Shown: positions 1-10,495 of the stretch, piece by piece
Numbering within the stretch: position 1 is the first letter of the stretch
Layout of the letters: each line of letters begins with the position of its first letter
Assembly: GCA_044866005.1 (NCBI GenBank)
Contig: JBIOTN010000194.1
Location: 1 to 21,191, forward strand
From: Candidatus Rokuibacteriota bacterium
Lineage (GTDB): Bacteria; Methylomirabilota; Methylomirabilia; Rokubacteriales; DASRDR01
DNA: 21,191 nucleotides
Direction: 5' to 3'
Notes under the pieces: model-generated
What the model was told of the DNA's origin: nothing
Seen by the model: the letters and a program-made list of their open reading frames with translations, nothing else
The model's database searches: none
Made by a program: the position numbers and the translations under genes

Positions 1-845
1 CCAGTCCCGAGATCTTGGACTGCCTGGATGCCGAGGGCGTCGAGTACGTCGTGGCCATGGCGAGCAACGTCCGGCTCCTCAAGCGCAGCCGGCGGTTGAT
101 GGGCCGCGCGCGGATGCTCGCCAAGGCCAGTGGCGCGACCGAGCACCTCTACGGCGAGACGCGGTACGCCGCCCGGCAGTGGACACGCCAGCGCCGGGTG
201 ATCATCAAGGCCGAGGTGGTCCGGCACCCTGGCCGGGCGCCCAAGAACAATCCCCGCTTTGTCATCACGAACCTGCCCGACGCCCCGGCCGCGGTCTACC
301 AGACCTACTGCGGGCGCGGGGACATGGAGAACCGGCTCAAGGAACTCCACCACGGGCTGGCCCTGGACCGGACGAGCTGCGAGCGGTTCCTGGCCAACCA
401 GTTCCGCGTGCTCCTGACGGCCGCGGCGTATATCCTGTTTCAGACCCTGCAGGCCCACGCCCAGGGCACCGCCTGTGCCGACGCCCAGGTCAGCACGCTG
501 CGCGAGCGGCTGTTCAAACTCGCGGCGTGGGTCGAACGGTCGGTGCGGCGCATCGTGCTGCACCTCCCCGCCCGTGGTGGCTGGCTCATCACCTGGCGGC
601 AGATCGCACTCCGAGTCAGCGCGGCGCCAGCGTAAGTCCGCGAAAGTCCGCACGTCCCACGGCCCCGGGAAGAGGTTTCTCTCCGCGGTCCCGCGAGAAT
701 GCGTCATGACCGCCTCCCAGCGCCTCGACGGCATCATGCCGGCGATATCCTCGCGGCATGCCCATTCGCGGGTCTCCGAAACGCGGCGCCGAAGGCTTCC
801 CAGGACCTTGTTTCTCACTTCACGTGCGTTCGTGCATAAAGCGGG
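1..845 (+). mobile_element. IS1380-family insertion sequence, right part, with putative right terminal inverted repeat at 832-845
   Basis: Transposase is followed by ~200 bp non-coding DNA ending in GTGCATAAAGCGGG (reverse complement CCCGCTTTATGCAC, similar to the CC-starting IS1380-type ends as I recall them). CTAG follows at 846-849 (candidate target duplication). The left end is outside the window. Confidence 0.7.
3..635 (+). CDS. IS1380-family DDE transposase, C-terminal part (5' truncated by window edge)
   Basis: Frame is open from the window start. Motifs typical of IS1380/DDE_Tnp_1_4: YAARQW..RRVIIKAE, NPRFVITNL, Y.GRGDMENRLKE, DRTSC..FLANQFRVLL..AAY.L, TLRERLFKLAA.V..S.RRI.LHLP. Confidence 0.9.
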   Translation, partial: SPEILDCLDAEGVEYVVAMASNVRLLKRSRRLMGRARMLAKASGATEHLYGETRYAARQWTRQRRVIIKAEVVRHPGRAPKNNPRFVITNLPDAPAAVYQTYCGRGDMENRLKELHHGLALDRTSCERFLANQFRVLLTAAAYILFQTLQAHAQGTACADAQVSTLRERLFKLAAWVERSVRRIVLHLPARGGWLITWRQIALRVSAAPA

Positions 846-983
846 CTAGAGGAGGCCTAACCGTGCTCCGGCGCAGGGCAACAGAGGTTCCCCAACCGAG
901 CGCCGCCACCCGTTGGCTACCTATGGCCCGAGGGATTCGCGCGAGCCGGGGTCAGTCACCGGCCAGAGGTAATCGCAAGTCAG

Positions 984-1028
984 TGGGCACTGCTACACCA
1001 TCCCGATAGTCGGGCACACTTTGGGCAC
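984..1028. repeat. Three GGGCAC direct repeats (985-990, 1012-1017, 1023-1028), possible integrase arm-type sites
   Basis: Seen directly: TGGGCAC...CGGGCACACTTTGGGCAC; the last two copies are 11 bp apart; ~70-115 bp downstream of the tRNA 3' end. Confidence 0.45.
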
Positions 1029-1046
1029 GCTCGGGGCCCGGAAAGC

Positions 1047-1083
1047 ATCAAGGGCTTACGGCGCACGGCCGTAAGCCCTTGAT
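1047..1083 (-). terminator. Perfect 16-bp inverted repeat downstream of tRNA-fMet (terminator-like and/or att-associated dyad)
   Basis: ATCAAGGGCTTACGGC-gcacg-GCCGTAAGCCCTTGAT, 15 nt after the tRNA CCA; only a weak U-tract follows (GCTTT on the minus strand). Confidence 0.65.
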
Positions 1084-1098
1084 TTACCGAACGTCGGG

Positions 1099-1175
<77 letters not shown>

Positions 1176-1187
1176 GTGCCATCGGGT

Positions 1188-1216
1188 ACGTTACTCCATG
1201 GCCCGGGGGCTGTCAA
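1188..1216 (-). promoter_or_regulatory. Sigma70-type promoter for tRNA-fMet
   Basis: Minus strand TTGACA (1211-1216), 17-bp spacer, TAACGT (1188-1193), 12 nt upstream of tRNA position 1. Confidence 0.75.
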
Positions 1217-2792
1217 GCCGCGCGCGGCGATCGCGCGGCTCGAGCCGCGCCCAGAGCCGCTCGAGCCAGTCGTGCTCGGGCCGGTCGCGCACCACGCGGT
1301 CGGTCTTGGCGGCCTCGTAGCGGCCGGTGCGGGCCAGCTGCCAGAGGACGTGCCACGCGCCGCGCGTGGCGAGGAGCCAGTAGGTCTGGCAGCGGAACGT
1401 GGCGAGGAGCTGCTGGCCGCGCGTCGTCCACCCGAGCGCGAGCGGCCGGGGGAGGTACGGCTCCATCGCCCGGATCGCGCGCTGGGTCTCGATCCCGCCG
1501 ACCCACACGGTGAGCCCGAGCGAGACCGTGGGGACGACCGCCGCCAGGAAGAAGAGCAACGGCTGCTCGTTCCGGTAGAGGTACGCGAAGTGCCAGCCCA
1601 GGTAGCCCATCGCCGGGTAGACGGCGGCCGCGATCGGCCACTCCACCACCTTGTTCCCGACGTGCCGGAGGAGCTGGGCGAGGTTGAACGCGCTCGGCTG
1701 CCGCCGCCACACGGCCCACAGCTCGGCGACGTCGTCGAGCACGCCCTTGTACCAGCGGGCGTTCTGCCGGACGATCTTCGGCTTGGTCTCCGGCAGGTCC
1801 GTCAGCTCGATCATCGGCAGGGCGCGGATCAGGATGCCACGCGCGCCGAGCAGGTAGCCGAGCGTCGAGTCCTCCGTGGCCCCGCGCGTGGGGAACCCGC
1901 CGAGCGCCTGCAGCACGTCGAGCCGGACGAACTGGTTGTGGCCGAGACAGATCTGCGACCGGCGGAGGCCGAACGCCAGGAGCGACCGGAGCGGGCCGGC
2001 CAGCGCCCGGGGCGCCCGGCGCACGAGCGCCTCGATCACGCGGATCCGCGGGAGCTCGTTCAGGAGCCGGGCGATCGAGACCCGGAGGAAGATCGAGGAC
2101 TGCTGGATCGCGCAGATGCGCCCCCGGGTGTCGAGGCTCTCCCAGTTCGCGAGCGAGAGGGTCACCCCCTGGTAGGCGAGGGCGCCGCGCCCGGCGAGCT
2201 CCTCCCCCGCGATCCACCGGAAGGTGTCGCGATCGGGGACGGAATCCGCGTCCGAGACGGCCACGAAGACGCGGCTCGGCTCGAGCGGGACCTCCTCGAG
2301 GCTCGCCGCGAGGGCCTCGGGGCGGAGCGCCCAGTTGAGCTGCTCGGCCTTCCGCCCGGGACCCGGCATGACGAGGTGCGTGAGGCGCTTGGCCTCGTAG
2401 GGCGGGAGCTCCGCGATGAAGCGCCGGCAGAGCTCCCCCGTGCTGACGCCCATGGCCGGGTGCGGCGCCTCGTCCTCGGCCGCCTTGGTGATCACGACGT
2501 AGCGGACCTTGGCCTGCGGGTAGCGGGCGGCGAGGAGCCCGCGAAGGGTCGCGGCGATGGCCGGCTCCTGGTAGGCGGCCAGGAGCTGGAGAACGATGGG
2601 CGCGCGGTCCTCGCGCTCCAGCGCCTCGGGGGCCGGCAGCTCGGGACGCCGGGCGTACGCGGCCCGGACGAAGCGCACCGTGGTCACCATGCCCCGCCAG
2701 TCGATCCCGAGCTTCCACGCCGCCCGGAGGTTGAAGCAGAGGGTCAGCAGGAAGAGCCACGGCGCGAGCGGCTGGATCCACTCCATGTCCAT
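1191..2792 (-). CDS. Membrane-bound GT2-family glycosyltransferase (cellulose-synthase-like D,D,D,QxxRW type)
   Basis: N-terminal hydrophobic segment; LAAYQE, KAEQLN, DADS (DxD), TED, RQNARW motifs; C-terminal TM helices; GGGAGG SD upstream. Alternative start at 2786. Confidence 0.85.
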   Translation of the reverse strand: MDMEWIQPLAPWLFLLTLCFNLRAAWKLGIDWRGMVTTVRFVRAAYARRPELPAPEALEREDRAPIVLQLLAAYQEPAIAATLRGLLAARYPQAKVRYVVITKAAEDEAPHPAMGVSTGELCRRFIAELPPYEAKRLTHLVMPGPGRKAEQLNWALRPEALAASLEEVPLEPSRVFVAVSDADSVPDRDTFRWIAGEELAGRGALAYQGVTLSLANWESLDTRGRICAIQQSSIFLRVSIARLLNELPRIRVIEALVRRAPRALAGPLRSLLAFGLRRSQICLGHNQFVRLDVLQALGGFPTRGATEDSTLGYLLGARGILIRALPMIELTDLPETKPKIVRQNARWYKGVLDDVAELWAVWRRQPSAFNLAQLLRHVGNKVVEWPIAAAVYPAMGYLGWHFAYLYRNEQPLLFFLAAVVPTVSLGLTVWVGGIETQRAIRAMEPYLPRPLALGWTTRGQQLLATFRCQTYWLLATRGAWHVLWQLARTGRYEAAKTDRVVRDRPEHDWLERLWARLEPRDRRARLDSPRAME

Positions 2793-2820
2793 CTCGACAG
2801 CGCCTCCCGCGGCGCGCGGA

Positions 2821-4454
<1,634 letters not shown>

Positions 4455-5348
4455 TCAGGCCCTGCGGTGGAGGACCAGGTCTGCCAGCGCGACGAGCGGC
4501 TCCGTCGCCTGGAGCGTCGCGACCGCCGCCTGCGCCTCGCGGATGAGGAGCGCCGCCCTGGCCTTCGAGGCGTCGAGCCCGTGATGGTCGGGGTATGTCA
4601 CCTTTTTCTTCCGCCGGTCGCTCCCGGCCGACTTGCCGAGGGTCTCGAGCGAGCCCTCCACGTCCAGGATATCGTCCACGATCTGGAAGGCCAAGCCCAG
4701 GCGCTCGCCGTAGGCCGTGAGCGCCGCCAGCGGCGGCTCGGCCGCCCCCGCCAGGAGCGCGCCCGTCCGCACCGCGGCCCGGATCAGCGCGCCGGTCTTG
4801 TGGGTGTGGATGTACTCGAGCGTCGGCGCGGACACCGCGCCGCCCTCCGACTGGATGTCCACCACCTGCCCGCCGATCATGCCGGCGGTGCCCGCGGCGC
4901 GAGTGATCTCGTCCAGCACGCGGGGGAGGACCTCGAGCGGCGCCTTGCCGGACGCGAAGTTCACCGCCACCAGGCCGAAGGCGTGCGTGAGGAGCGCGTC
5001 CCCGGCCAGGATGGCGATCGCCTCGCCGAAGACCTTGTGGCTCGTCGGCCGGCCGCGGCGGAAGTCGTCGTCGTCCATGGCGGGCAGGTCGTCGTGAATG
5101 AGGGAATAGGTGTGGATCAGCTCGAAGGCGCAGGCGGTCGGCAGCACGTCGGCCATCTGGCCGGAGGCGGCCTCGGCGCCGGCGATGACGAGGATCGGAC
5201 GCAGGCGCTTGCCCCCGGCAAGGACGCTGTAGCGCATCGCCTGGTGGATCGCGGGCGGGAAGGCCTCGACGGCCGGAAGGGCGCGGTCGAGCGCCTCGTC
5301 GACGGCGCGCCGCCGCGCCGCCAGGTAGGCCTCGAGGTCGAAGCTCAC
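4455..5348 (-). CDS. ispA: Farnesyl/geranylgeranyl diphosphate synthase (polyprenyl synthetase)
   Basis: GGKRLRP, ELIHTYSLIHDDLPAMDDDDFRRGRPT, GMIGGQVVD, HKTGAL, GLAFQIVDDILD, GKSAGSD, KVTYP; follows xseB (GTGA overlap). Confidence 0.95.
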   Translation of the reverse strand: MSFDLEAYLAARRRAVDEALDRALPAVEAFPPAIHQAMRYSVLAGGKRLRPILVIAGAEAASGQMADVLPTACAFELIHTYSLIHDDLPAMDDDDFRRGRPTSHKVFGEAIAILAGDALLTHAFGLVAVNFASGKAPLEVLPRVLDEITRAAGTAGMIGGQVVDIQSEGGAVSAPTLEYIHTHKTGALIRAAVRTGALLAGAAEPPLAALTAYGERLGLAFQIVDDILDVEGSLETLGKSAGSDRRKKKVTYPDHHGLDASKARAALLIREAQAAVATLQATEPLVALADLVLHRRA

Positions 5349-5608
5349 GGCTGGTCCTCTTCGAGCTTGAACGGCTGCGCCCGGAGCCCTCCCTCGTCCT
5401 GCACCAGGAGCTCGATCCGCCGCTCGGTGTCCTCCAGCCGCCGGGCGCAGGCGCGGAGCAGCGCCGTCCCCTCCTCGAAGGCGCGGAGCGACTCGTCGAG
5501 CGAGAGGTTCCCGGCCTCGAGCGCGTGGACGATCTGCTCGAGCCGGGCCATGGCCTCCTCGAACTTCGGCCCCGATTCGCCGGCCGGCGCCTCAGGCGGC
5601 GCCATCAC
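5345..5608 (-). CDS. xseB: Exodeoxyribonuclease VII small subunit
   Basis: FEEAMARLEQIV..LE.GNLSLDESL..FEEG; lies between xseA and ispA; start is GTG 5608 or ATG 5605. Confidence 0.95.
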   Translation of the reverse strand: MMAPPEAPAGESGPKFEEAMARLEQIVHALEAGNLSLDESLRAFEEGTALLRACARRLEDTERRIELLVQDEGGLRAQPFKLEEDQP

Positions 5609-7001
5609 GACCCTCCCCCGCGGCCTCCGGCCCGCGGGGCGGACCCGGGGGCGCGCCGACGTCCTCGACGCGGCAGCCCAGGCTCCCCTCGCGCAGGCGC
5701 ACGCGGACGGCCGCGCCGACCCCCACCTGGGCCGCGCGCGTCACGACCTCCCCGGAGGGCAAGGCGCAGATGCTGTAGCCGCGGGCCAGGCAGGCGAGCG
5801 GGCTGAGGCTCTCGAGCTGGCCGGCGCGCGCCTCCATGGCCCGGCGCCGCCGCGTCACGCCGCCCTGCATGCTCTGCTCGAGTCGGCGCCGGAGCTGCGC
5901 GAGGAGCCGCCCGTCCTGGCGGACCGCGGCGGTGAGCCGCTCCGGCCGGAGCGTCCGGCGCGCGCGCTCGACCCGCCCGCGCGCGTCGGCCTGATGCCGG
6001 CGGATGCCGCGCTCGAGCCGGACGCCGAGGTCGTCGAGCCGTCGGGCGAAGTCCCGGAGCGGCCGCGCGGGGTCCGTGAGGACGCGCCGGCGCCGGAGGT
6101 CCGCGAGCCGCTCGGTGAAGCGCTGGAGCGGCCGGCGCGCCGCGCGGTGGAGGCGCTCCCGGAGGCTCGCCACGTGGGCCACGAGCTGGGCCTTCTCGCG
6201 CACGACGAGCTCGGCGGCGGCGGAGGGGGTCGGGGCGCGCAGGTCCGCGACGAAGTCGGCGATCGTCACGTCGGACTCGTGTCCCACGGCCGAGATGACC
6301 GGGATCTTCGAGGCGGCGATGGCCCGCGCCACCGCCTCCTCGTTGAAGGCCCACAGGTCCTCGAGCGCGCCCCCGCCGCGCGCGACCACGAGCACGTCGA
6401 AGCCGCCCAGGCGGTTCAGCTCGTGGAGGGCGCGGGCGATCTCGGGCGCCGCCGTCTCCCCCTGCACCCGGACCGGATAGATCACGACGTGGACGCCCGC
6501 GAACCGCCGGGTGACGACGCGCAGGAAGTCGCGCACGGCGGCCCCGGTGGGCGAGGTGACGAGACCGACCCGGCGCGGGAACGGCGGGAGCGGTCGCTTC
6601 CGCGCGGCGTCGAAGAGCCCTTCGGCCTGAAGCCGCGCCTTGAGCTGCTCGAAGGCGAGCTGGAGCGCGCCGAGGCCCCGCGGCTCGAGGATCTCGCAGA
6701 CGAGCTGGTACTCGCCGCGGGCGGCGTAGACGTCGAGGTTGGCGAAGGCCAGGACGTGGAGCCCGTCGGCCGGCTCGAAGCGCAGGCGGCGCACGCGGCT
6801 CCGGAAGAGCACCGCCCGGATCTGCGCGACGTCGTCCTTGAGCGTGAAGTACACGTGGCCCGAGGACTGGACGCGCAGGTTCGAGATCTCGCCCTCGACC
6901 CACAGCCCGCCGAACCGGCCCTCCAGGTCGGTCTTGATGGCGAAGGTGAGCTCGGAGACGGTCAGGACCCGGCGGCCGGGATCGGGCGCGGGGCGCGCCA
7001 T
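5592..7001 (-). CDS. xseA: Exodeoxyribonuclease VII large subunit
   Basis: LTVSEL, WVEGEISN, SGHVYFTLKD, VTSPTGAAVRD, ARGGG.LEDLWAFNEE, SAVGHESD.TIADFVAD.RAPTPSAAAE, LSPLA.LARGYSI. Confidence 0.97.
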   Translation of the reverse strand: MARPAPDPGRRVLTVSELTFAIKTDLEGRFGGLWVEGEISNLRVQSSGHVYFTLKDDVAQIRAVLFRSRVRRLRFEPADGLHVLAFANLDVYAARGEYQLVCEILEPRGLGALQLAFEQLKARLQAEGLFDAARKRPLPPFPRRVGLVTSPTGAAVRDFLRVVTRRFAGVHVVIYPVRVQGETAAPEIARALHELNRLGGFDVLVVARGGGALEDLWAFNEEAVARAIAASKIPVISAVGHESDVTIADFVADLRAPTPSAAAELVVREKAQLVAHVASLRERLHRAARRPLQRFTERLADLRRRRVLTDPARPLRDFARRLDDLGVRLERGIRRHQADARGRVERARRTLRPERLTAAVRQDGRLLAQLRRRLEQSMQGGVTRRRRAMEARAGQLESLSPLACLARGYSICALPSGEVVTRAAQVGVGAAVRVRLREGSLGCRVEDVGAPPGPPRGPEAAGEGRDGAA

Positions 7002-7016
7002 GACGGAGAGGCCGCC

Positions 7017-7871
7017 TCAGTCGAGCCCGGCCTGGCGCCGGGCCGCGGCGAGCGTGTTCCGCACGAGGATCGCGACCGTCATGGGGCCCACGCCGCCCGG
7101 CACGGGCGTGATCGCGCGCACGCGCGGGGCGACCGAGGCGAAGTCCACGTCACCCGCGAGGCGGCCGTCGGGCAAGCGGTTCATGCCGACGTCCACGACC
7201 ACCGCCTCGGGCCGGACCATCTCCCCGGTGACCACGCCCGCGCGGCCCGCCGCGATCGCCAGCAGCTCCGCGCGCCGGGTGTGCGCGGCGAGGTCGCGGG
7301 TCCGCGTGTGGCAGGTCGTCACGGTCGCGTGGCGCTGGAGGAGGAGCTGTGCCAGCGGTTTGCCCACGATGCGCGAGCGCCCCACGACGACCGCCTCCGC
7401 GCCCTTCAGCTCGATGCCGTAGTGGTCGAGGATCTCCAGGATCCCGGCCGGCGTGCAGGGGACCACCCGCGGATGGCCGGCCAGCAGCCGACCGAGGTTC
7501 TCGGGGTGGAAGCCGTCCACGTCCTTCTGCGGATCCACCGCGTCGAGCACCCGCTCCTCGTCGATCGGGGCCGGCAGCGGCAGCTGGACGAGGATCCCGT
7601 GGACCGCGCGGTCGGCGTTCAGCTCGCGGACGAGGGCGAGCAGCCGGGGCTCGTCGAGCCCGCCCGGGAAGAGGTGGTCGCGGGCCGCGATCCCCGCCGC
7701 CTCGCAGGCGGCGCGCTTGCGGCCGACGTAGATCCGGGAGGCGGGATCCTCGCCGACCAGGACCACGGCGAGCGTCGGCCGAACCCCCCGCGCGGTGAGC
7801 TCGGCGACCCCGGCCGCCACCGCGCCCTGGACCTTCTGGGCGACGGGCCTGCCGTCGAGGATCAGCGCCAT
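7017..7871 (-). CDS. folD: Bifunctional methylenetetrahydrofolate dehydrogenase/cyclohydrolase
   Basis: ILDG, LAVVLVGEDPAS..YV..K, HGILVQLPLP, KDVDGFHPEN, PCTPAG, GRSRIVGKP, VVVDVGMN, GDVDF, ITPVPGGVGPMT; ATG at 7871 preceded by AGGTG. Confidence 0.97.
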   Translation of the reverse strand: MALILDGRPVAQKVQGAVAAGVAELTARGVRPTLAVVLVGEDPASRIYVGRKRAACEAAGIAARDHLFPGGLDEPRLLALVRELNADRAVHGILVQLPLPAPIDEERVLDAVDPQKDVDGFHPENLGRLLAGHPRVVPCTPAGILEILDHYGIELKGAEAVVVGRSRIVGKPLAQLLLQRHATVTTCHTRTRDLAAHTRRAELLAIAAGRAGVVTGEMVRPEAVVVDVGMNRLPDGRLAGDVDFASVAPRVRAITPVPGGVGPMTVAILVRNTLAAARRQAGLD

Positions 7872-7908
7872 GACGGGCACCTGCGTCCCCGCACGACCAC
7901 GGGGGCAG

Positions 7909-8700
7909 CTACCCCGGGAAGTCGCGCTGGACGCGCTCGATGGCCGTGGCGTGACCCGACTCGGGGTCGATCCGGATCACCGCGCCCTGGACTCGCGCGC
8001 GTCCCTTCGCCGGCTCGAAGCGGTTCGGCATCCCGGTGAGGAAGCGCTGGATGGCCAGCTCCTTCTCCACCCCGATCACCGAATCGATCGGGCCGGTGAG
8101 GCCGAGGTCGGTGAGGAACGCGGTGCCGCCGGCCAGGATCCGCTCGTCGGCCGTCTGGACGTGCGAGTGCGTGCCGACCACCGCCGACGCGCGGCCGGCG
8201 AGGTACCAGCCCATGGCCTGCTTCTCCGAGGTCGCCTCCGCGTGCATGTCCACCACGATGATGGCCGTCTCGCGCCGGAGCCGCGCCACCTCCTCGTCGG
8301 CCATGACGAACGGACAGTCGATCGTCGGCATGAAGACGCGACCCTGGAGGTTCAGCACCGCGACGCGCTCGGCCCCCGCCTTCACGACGACCGACCCCAC
8401 GCCCGGCGTCCCGCGCGGATAGTTCGCGGGGCGGAGGAGGAGGTTCTCCTTGACGATGTACTCGATGATCTCTTTCCGGTCCCAGATGTGGTTCCCGGAC
8501 GTCATGACGTCCACGCCGCCGTCGAGGAAGCCGCGCGCCAGCGCCGGCGTGACGCCGAAGCCGGCGGCCGCGTTCTCGACGTTCGCGACGACCAGGTCCA
8601 CCTCGAGCTCGGCGCGCAGCCGGGGGAGCGCCTCCGCCAGCGCCTTCCGGCCCGGCTCCCCGAACACGTCCCCGATACACAGCACCGTCAGCGCCTTCAC
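7909..8700 (-). CDS. ymdB: TIGR00282/YmdB-family metallophosphoesterase
   Basis: IGDVFGEPGR, NVENAAAGFG, TSGNHIWD, LRPANYP, NLQGRVFM, VDMHAEATSEK, GTHSHVQTADERIL, TDLGLTGP; directly downstream of rny as in Bacillus. Confidence 0.93.
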   Translation of the reverse strand: MKALTVLCIGDVFGEPGRKALAEALPRLRAELEVDLVVANVENAAAGFGVTPALARGFLDGGVDVMTSGNHIWDRKEIIEYIVKENLLLRPANYPRGTPGVGSVVVKAGAERVAVLNLQGRVFMPTIDCPFVMADEEVARLRRETAIIVVDMHAEATSEKQAMGWYLAGRASAVVGTHSHVQTADERILAGGTAFLTDLGLTGPIDSVIGVEKELAIQRFLTGMPNRFEPAKGRARVQGAVIRIDPESGHATAIERVQRDFPG

Positions 8701-8739
8701 GACTTGCTCCCTATTCTCTTTCCTAGGCTATGCCAATTT

Positions 8740-8833
8740 CCCGGGGGGAGGCAGCGCCGATCCGTTCGCCGAAGGGCGAACGGCCCGGCTTCGCCGGGAG
8801 GCGCGTCGGAAGGGGGGCGGAGCCCCCCTCCGA
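8740..8833. repeat. REP-like three-hairpin intergenic repeat, copy A
   Basis: Hairpins CCGTTCGCC-gaag-GGCGAACGG (8762-8783), CCCGGC-ttc-GCCGGG (8784-8798), TCGGAAGGGGGGC-gga-GCCCCCCTCCGA (8806-8833); colinear with 14113-14212. Confidence 0.85.
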
Positions 8834-8838
8834 GGGCC

Positions 8839-10416
8839 TCAGCGGGCGAACTCGACCGCCCGGTGCTCCCGGATCACCGTCACCTTGATGTGGCCCGGGT
8901 ACTGCATCTCGCTCTCGATCCGCTTCGACACGTCCTTCGCGAGCTGATAGGTGTCGAGGTCCGAGACCTGGTCCGACTTCACGATGATCCTGAGCTCCCG
9001 GCCGGCCTGGATGGCGTACGCCGCCTCCACGCCCTTGAACGAGCGGGCAATCTCCTCCATCGCCTTCACGCGGCGGACGTAGCTCTCCAGCACGTCGCGC
9101 CGGGCGCCCGGCCGTGCGGCCGAGATGCCGTCGGCCGCCTCGACCAGGACCGCCTCGATCGTCTCCGCCTCGGCGTTCTCGTGGCCGGCCAGGATCGTGT
9201 TCAGGACCGCCCGCGGCTCGTTGTAGCGCGTGAGGATGTCCACCGACAGCTCGACGTGGGTCCCCTCCTGCTCGTGGGTGAGGGCCTTGCCGATGTCGTG
9301 GAGCAGCCCGCAGCGCTTCGCCAGCTTCACGTCGGCCCCGATCTCGGCCGCCATCATCCCGGCCAGCCACGCCACCTCCTTGGAGTGCTGGAGGCAGTTC
9401 TGGCCGTACGAGGTGCGGAACTTGAGCCGCCCGACCAGCTTCACGAGCTCGGGGTGGAAGCCGTGGACCCCGACCTCGAAGCAGGCCCGCTCGCCTTCCT
9501 CCTTGAGGTGCTGATCCATCTCCTTCTTGACCTTGTCCACCACCTCTTCGATCCGCGCCGGATGGATCCGGCCGTCGGCGATCAGGCGCTGGAGCGCCAG
9601 ACGCGCGACCTCGCGCCGGAAGGGGTCGTAGGCCGAGATGATGACCGCCTCCGGCGTGTCGTCCACGATGAGGTCGACCCCGGTCGCCAGCTCGAGGGCG
9701 CGGATGTTGCGCCCCTCGCGCCCGATGATCCGCCCCTTCATGTCGTCCGACGGGAGATCGACGATCGACACGGCGGTTTCGACGGTGTAGTCGGGCGCCA
9801 GCCGCTGGATGGTCGTGGCGAGCACTTCCCGGGCCTTGCGCTCGACGTTCTGGCGCGCCTCCTCTTCGAGCCGCATGCCGATGAGCGTCGCCTCGCGCCG
9901 CGCCTCGTCCTCCATCTGGGCGAGCAGCCGCTGCTTGGCCTCCTCGGCGGTCAGGCCGGCGACGCGCTCGAGCTGGTGGCGTTGCTCCTCGATGAGGGCC
10001 AGGTAGCGCTCCTCGAGCTCCCTGATCGCGCGCTCGCGCACCCCGAGCCCTTCTTCCTTGGCGTGGTAGTCGCGGTCGCGACGGTCGAGCTGGTCGAGTC
10101 GGCGCGCGACCTGCTCCTCCTTCTGGAGGAGCCGGCGCTCCACGCCCTGGACCTCGCGCTGGCGCTCCTTGGCCTCCTTCTCGAACTCCAGCCGGGCCCG
10201 GTAGACGACCTCCTTGGCCTCCATGGCCGCGTCCTTGAGCTGCGTCTCGGCGCCCCGCCGCGCGTCCTCCACGATCCGGCGGGCTTGCTCCGTGGCTTGG
10301 CCGATCTTCCGCGTGGTGAGGGACCTCTGGACGAGCATCCCCGCGACACAGGCGAGGGGCGTTCCGACGATGAGGATGATCAGGACGATGAGAGTGATCG
10401 GCTCCAGGTTGGCCAC
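8839..10416 (-). CDS. rny: Ribonuclease Y
   Basis: N-terminal TM helix, long coiled coil, KH domain (MKGRIIGREGRNIRALE, DLIVDDTPEAV), HD domain (RTSYGQN..QHS, GLLHDIGKA, ISAARPGARR), YAIQAGRELR. Confidence 0.97.
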   Translation of the reverse strand: MANLEPITLIVLIILIVGTPLACVAGMLVQRSLTTRKIGQATEQARRIVEDARRGAETQLKDAAMEAKEVVYRARLEFEKEAKERQREVQGVERRLLQKEEQVARRLDQLDRRDRDYHAKEEGLGVRERAIRELEERYLALIEEQRHQLERVAGLTAEEAKQRLLAQMEDEARREATLIGMRLEEEARQNVERKAREVLATTIQRLAPDYTVETAVSIVDLPSDDMKGRIIGREGRNIRALELATGVDLIVDDTPEAVIISAYDPFRREVARLALQRLIADGRIHPARIEEVVDKVKKEMDQHLKEEGERACFEVGVHGFHPELVKLVGRLKFRTSYGQNCLQHSKEVAWLAGMMAAEIGADVKLAKRCGLLHDIGKALTHEQEGTHVELSVDILTRYNEPRAVLNTILAGHENAEAETIEAVLVEAADGISAARPGARRDVLESYVRRVKAMEEIARSFKGVEAAYAIQAGRELRIIVKSDQVSDLDTYQLAKDVSKRIESEMQYPGHIKVTVIREHRAVEFAR

Positions 10417-10495
10417 CCCCCATCAGAGCCGGGCTCGACCGCGGCCGACCGGCTCTGGCAAATGTATTGGGATGACAGCACGGTAAATTCTCGTA

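Noticed and set aside
10455..10471. Plus-strand CTGGCAAATGTATTGGG sigma54-like site
   Set aside because: Lacks the invariant GC at -12 and points away from rny; the sigma70 site on the minus strand explains the AT-rich patch better.
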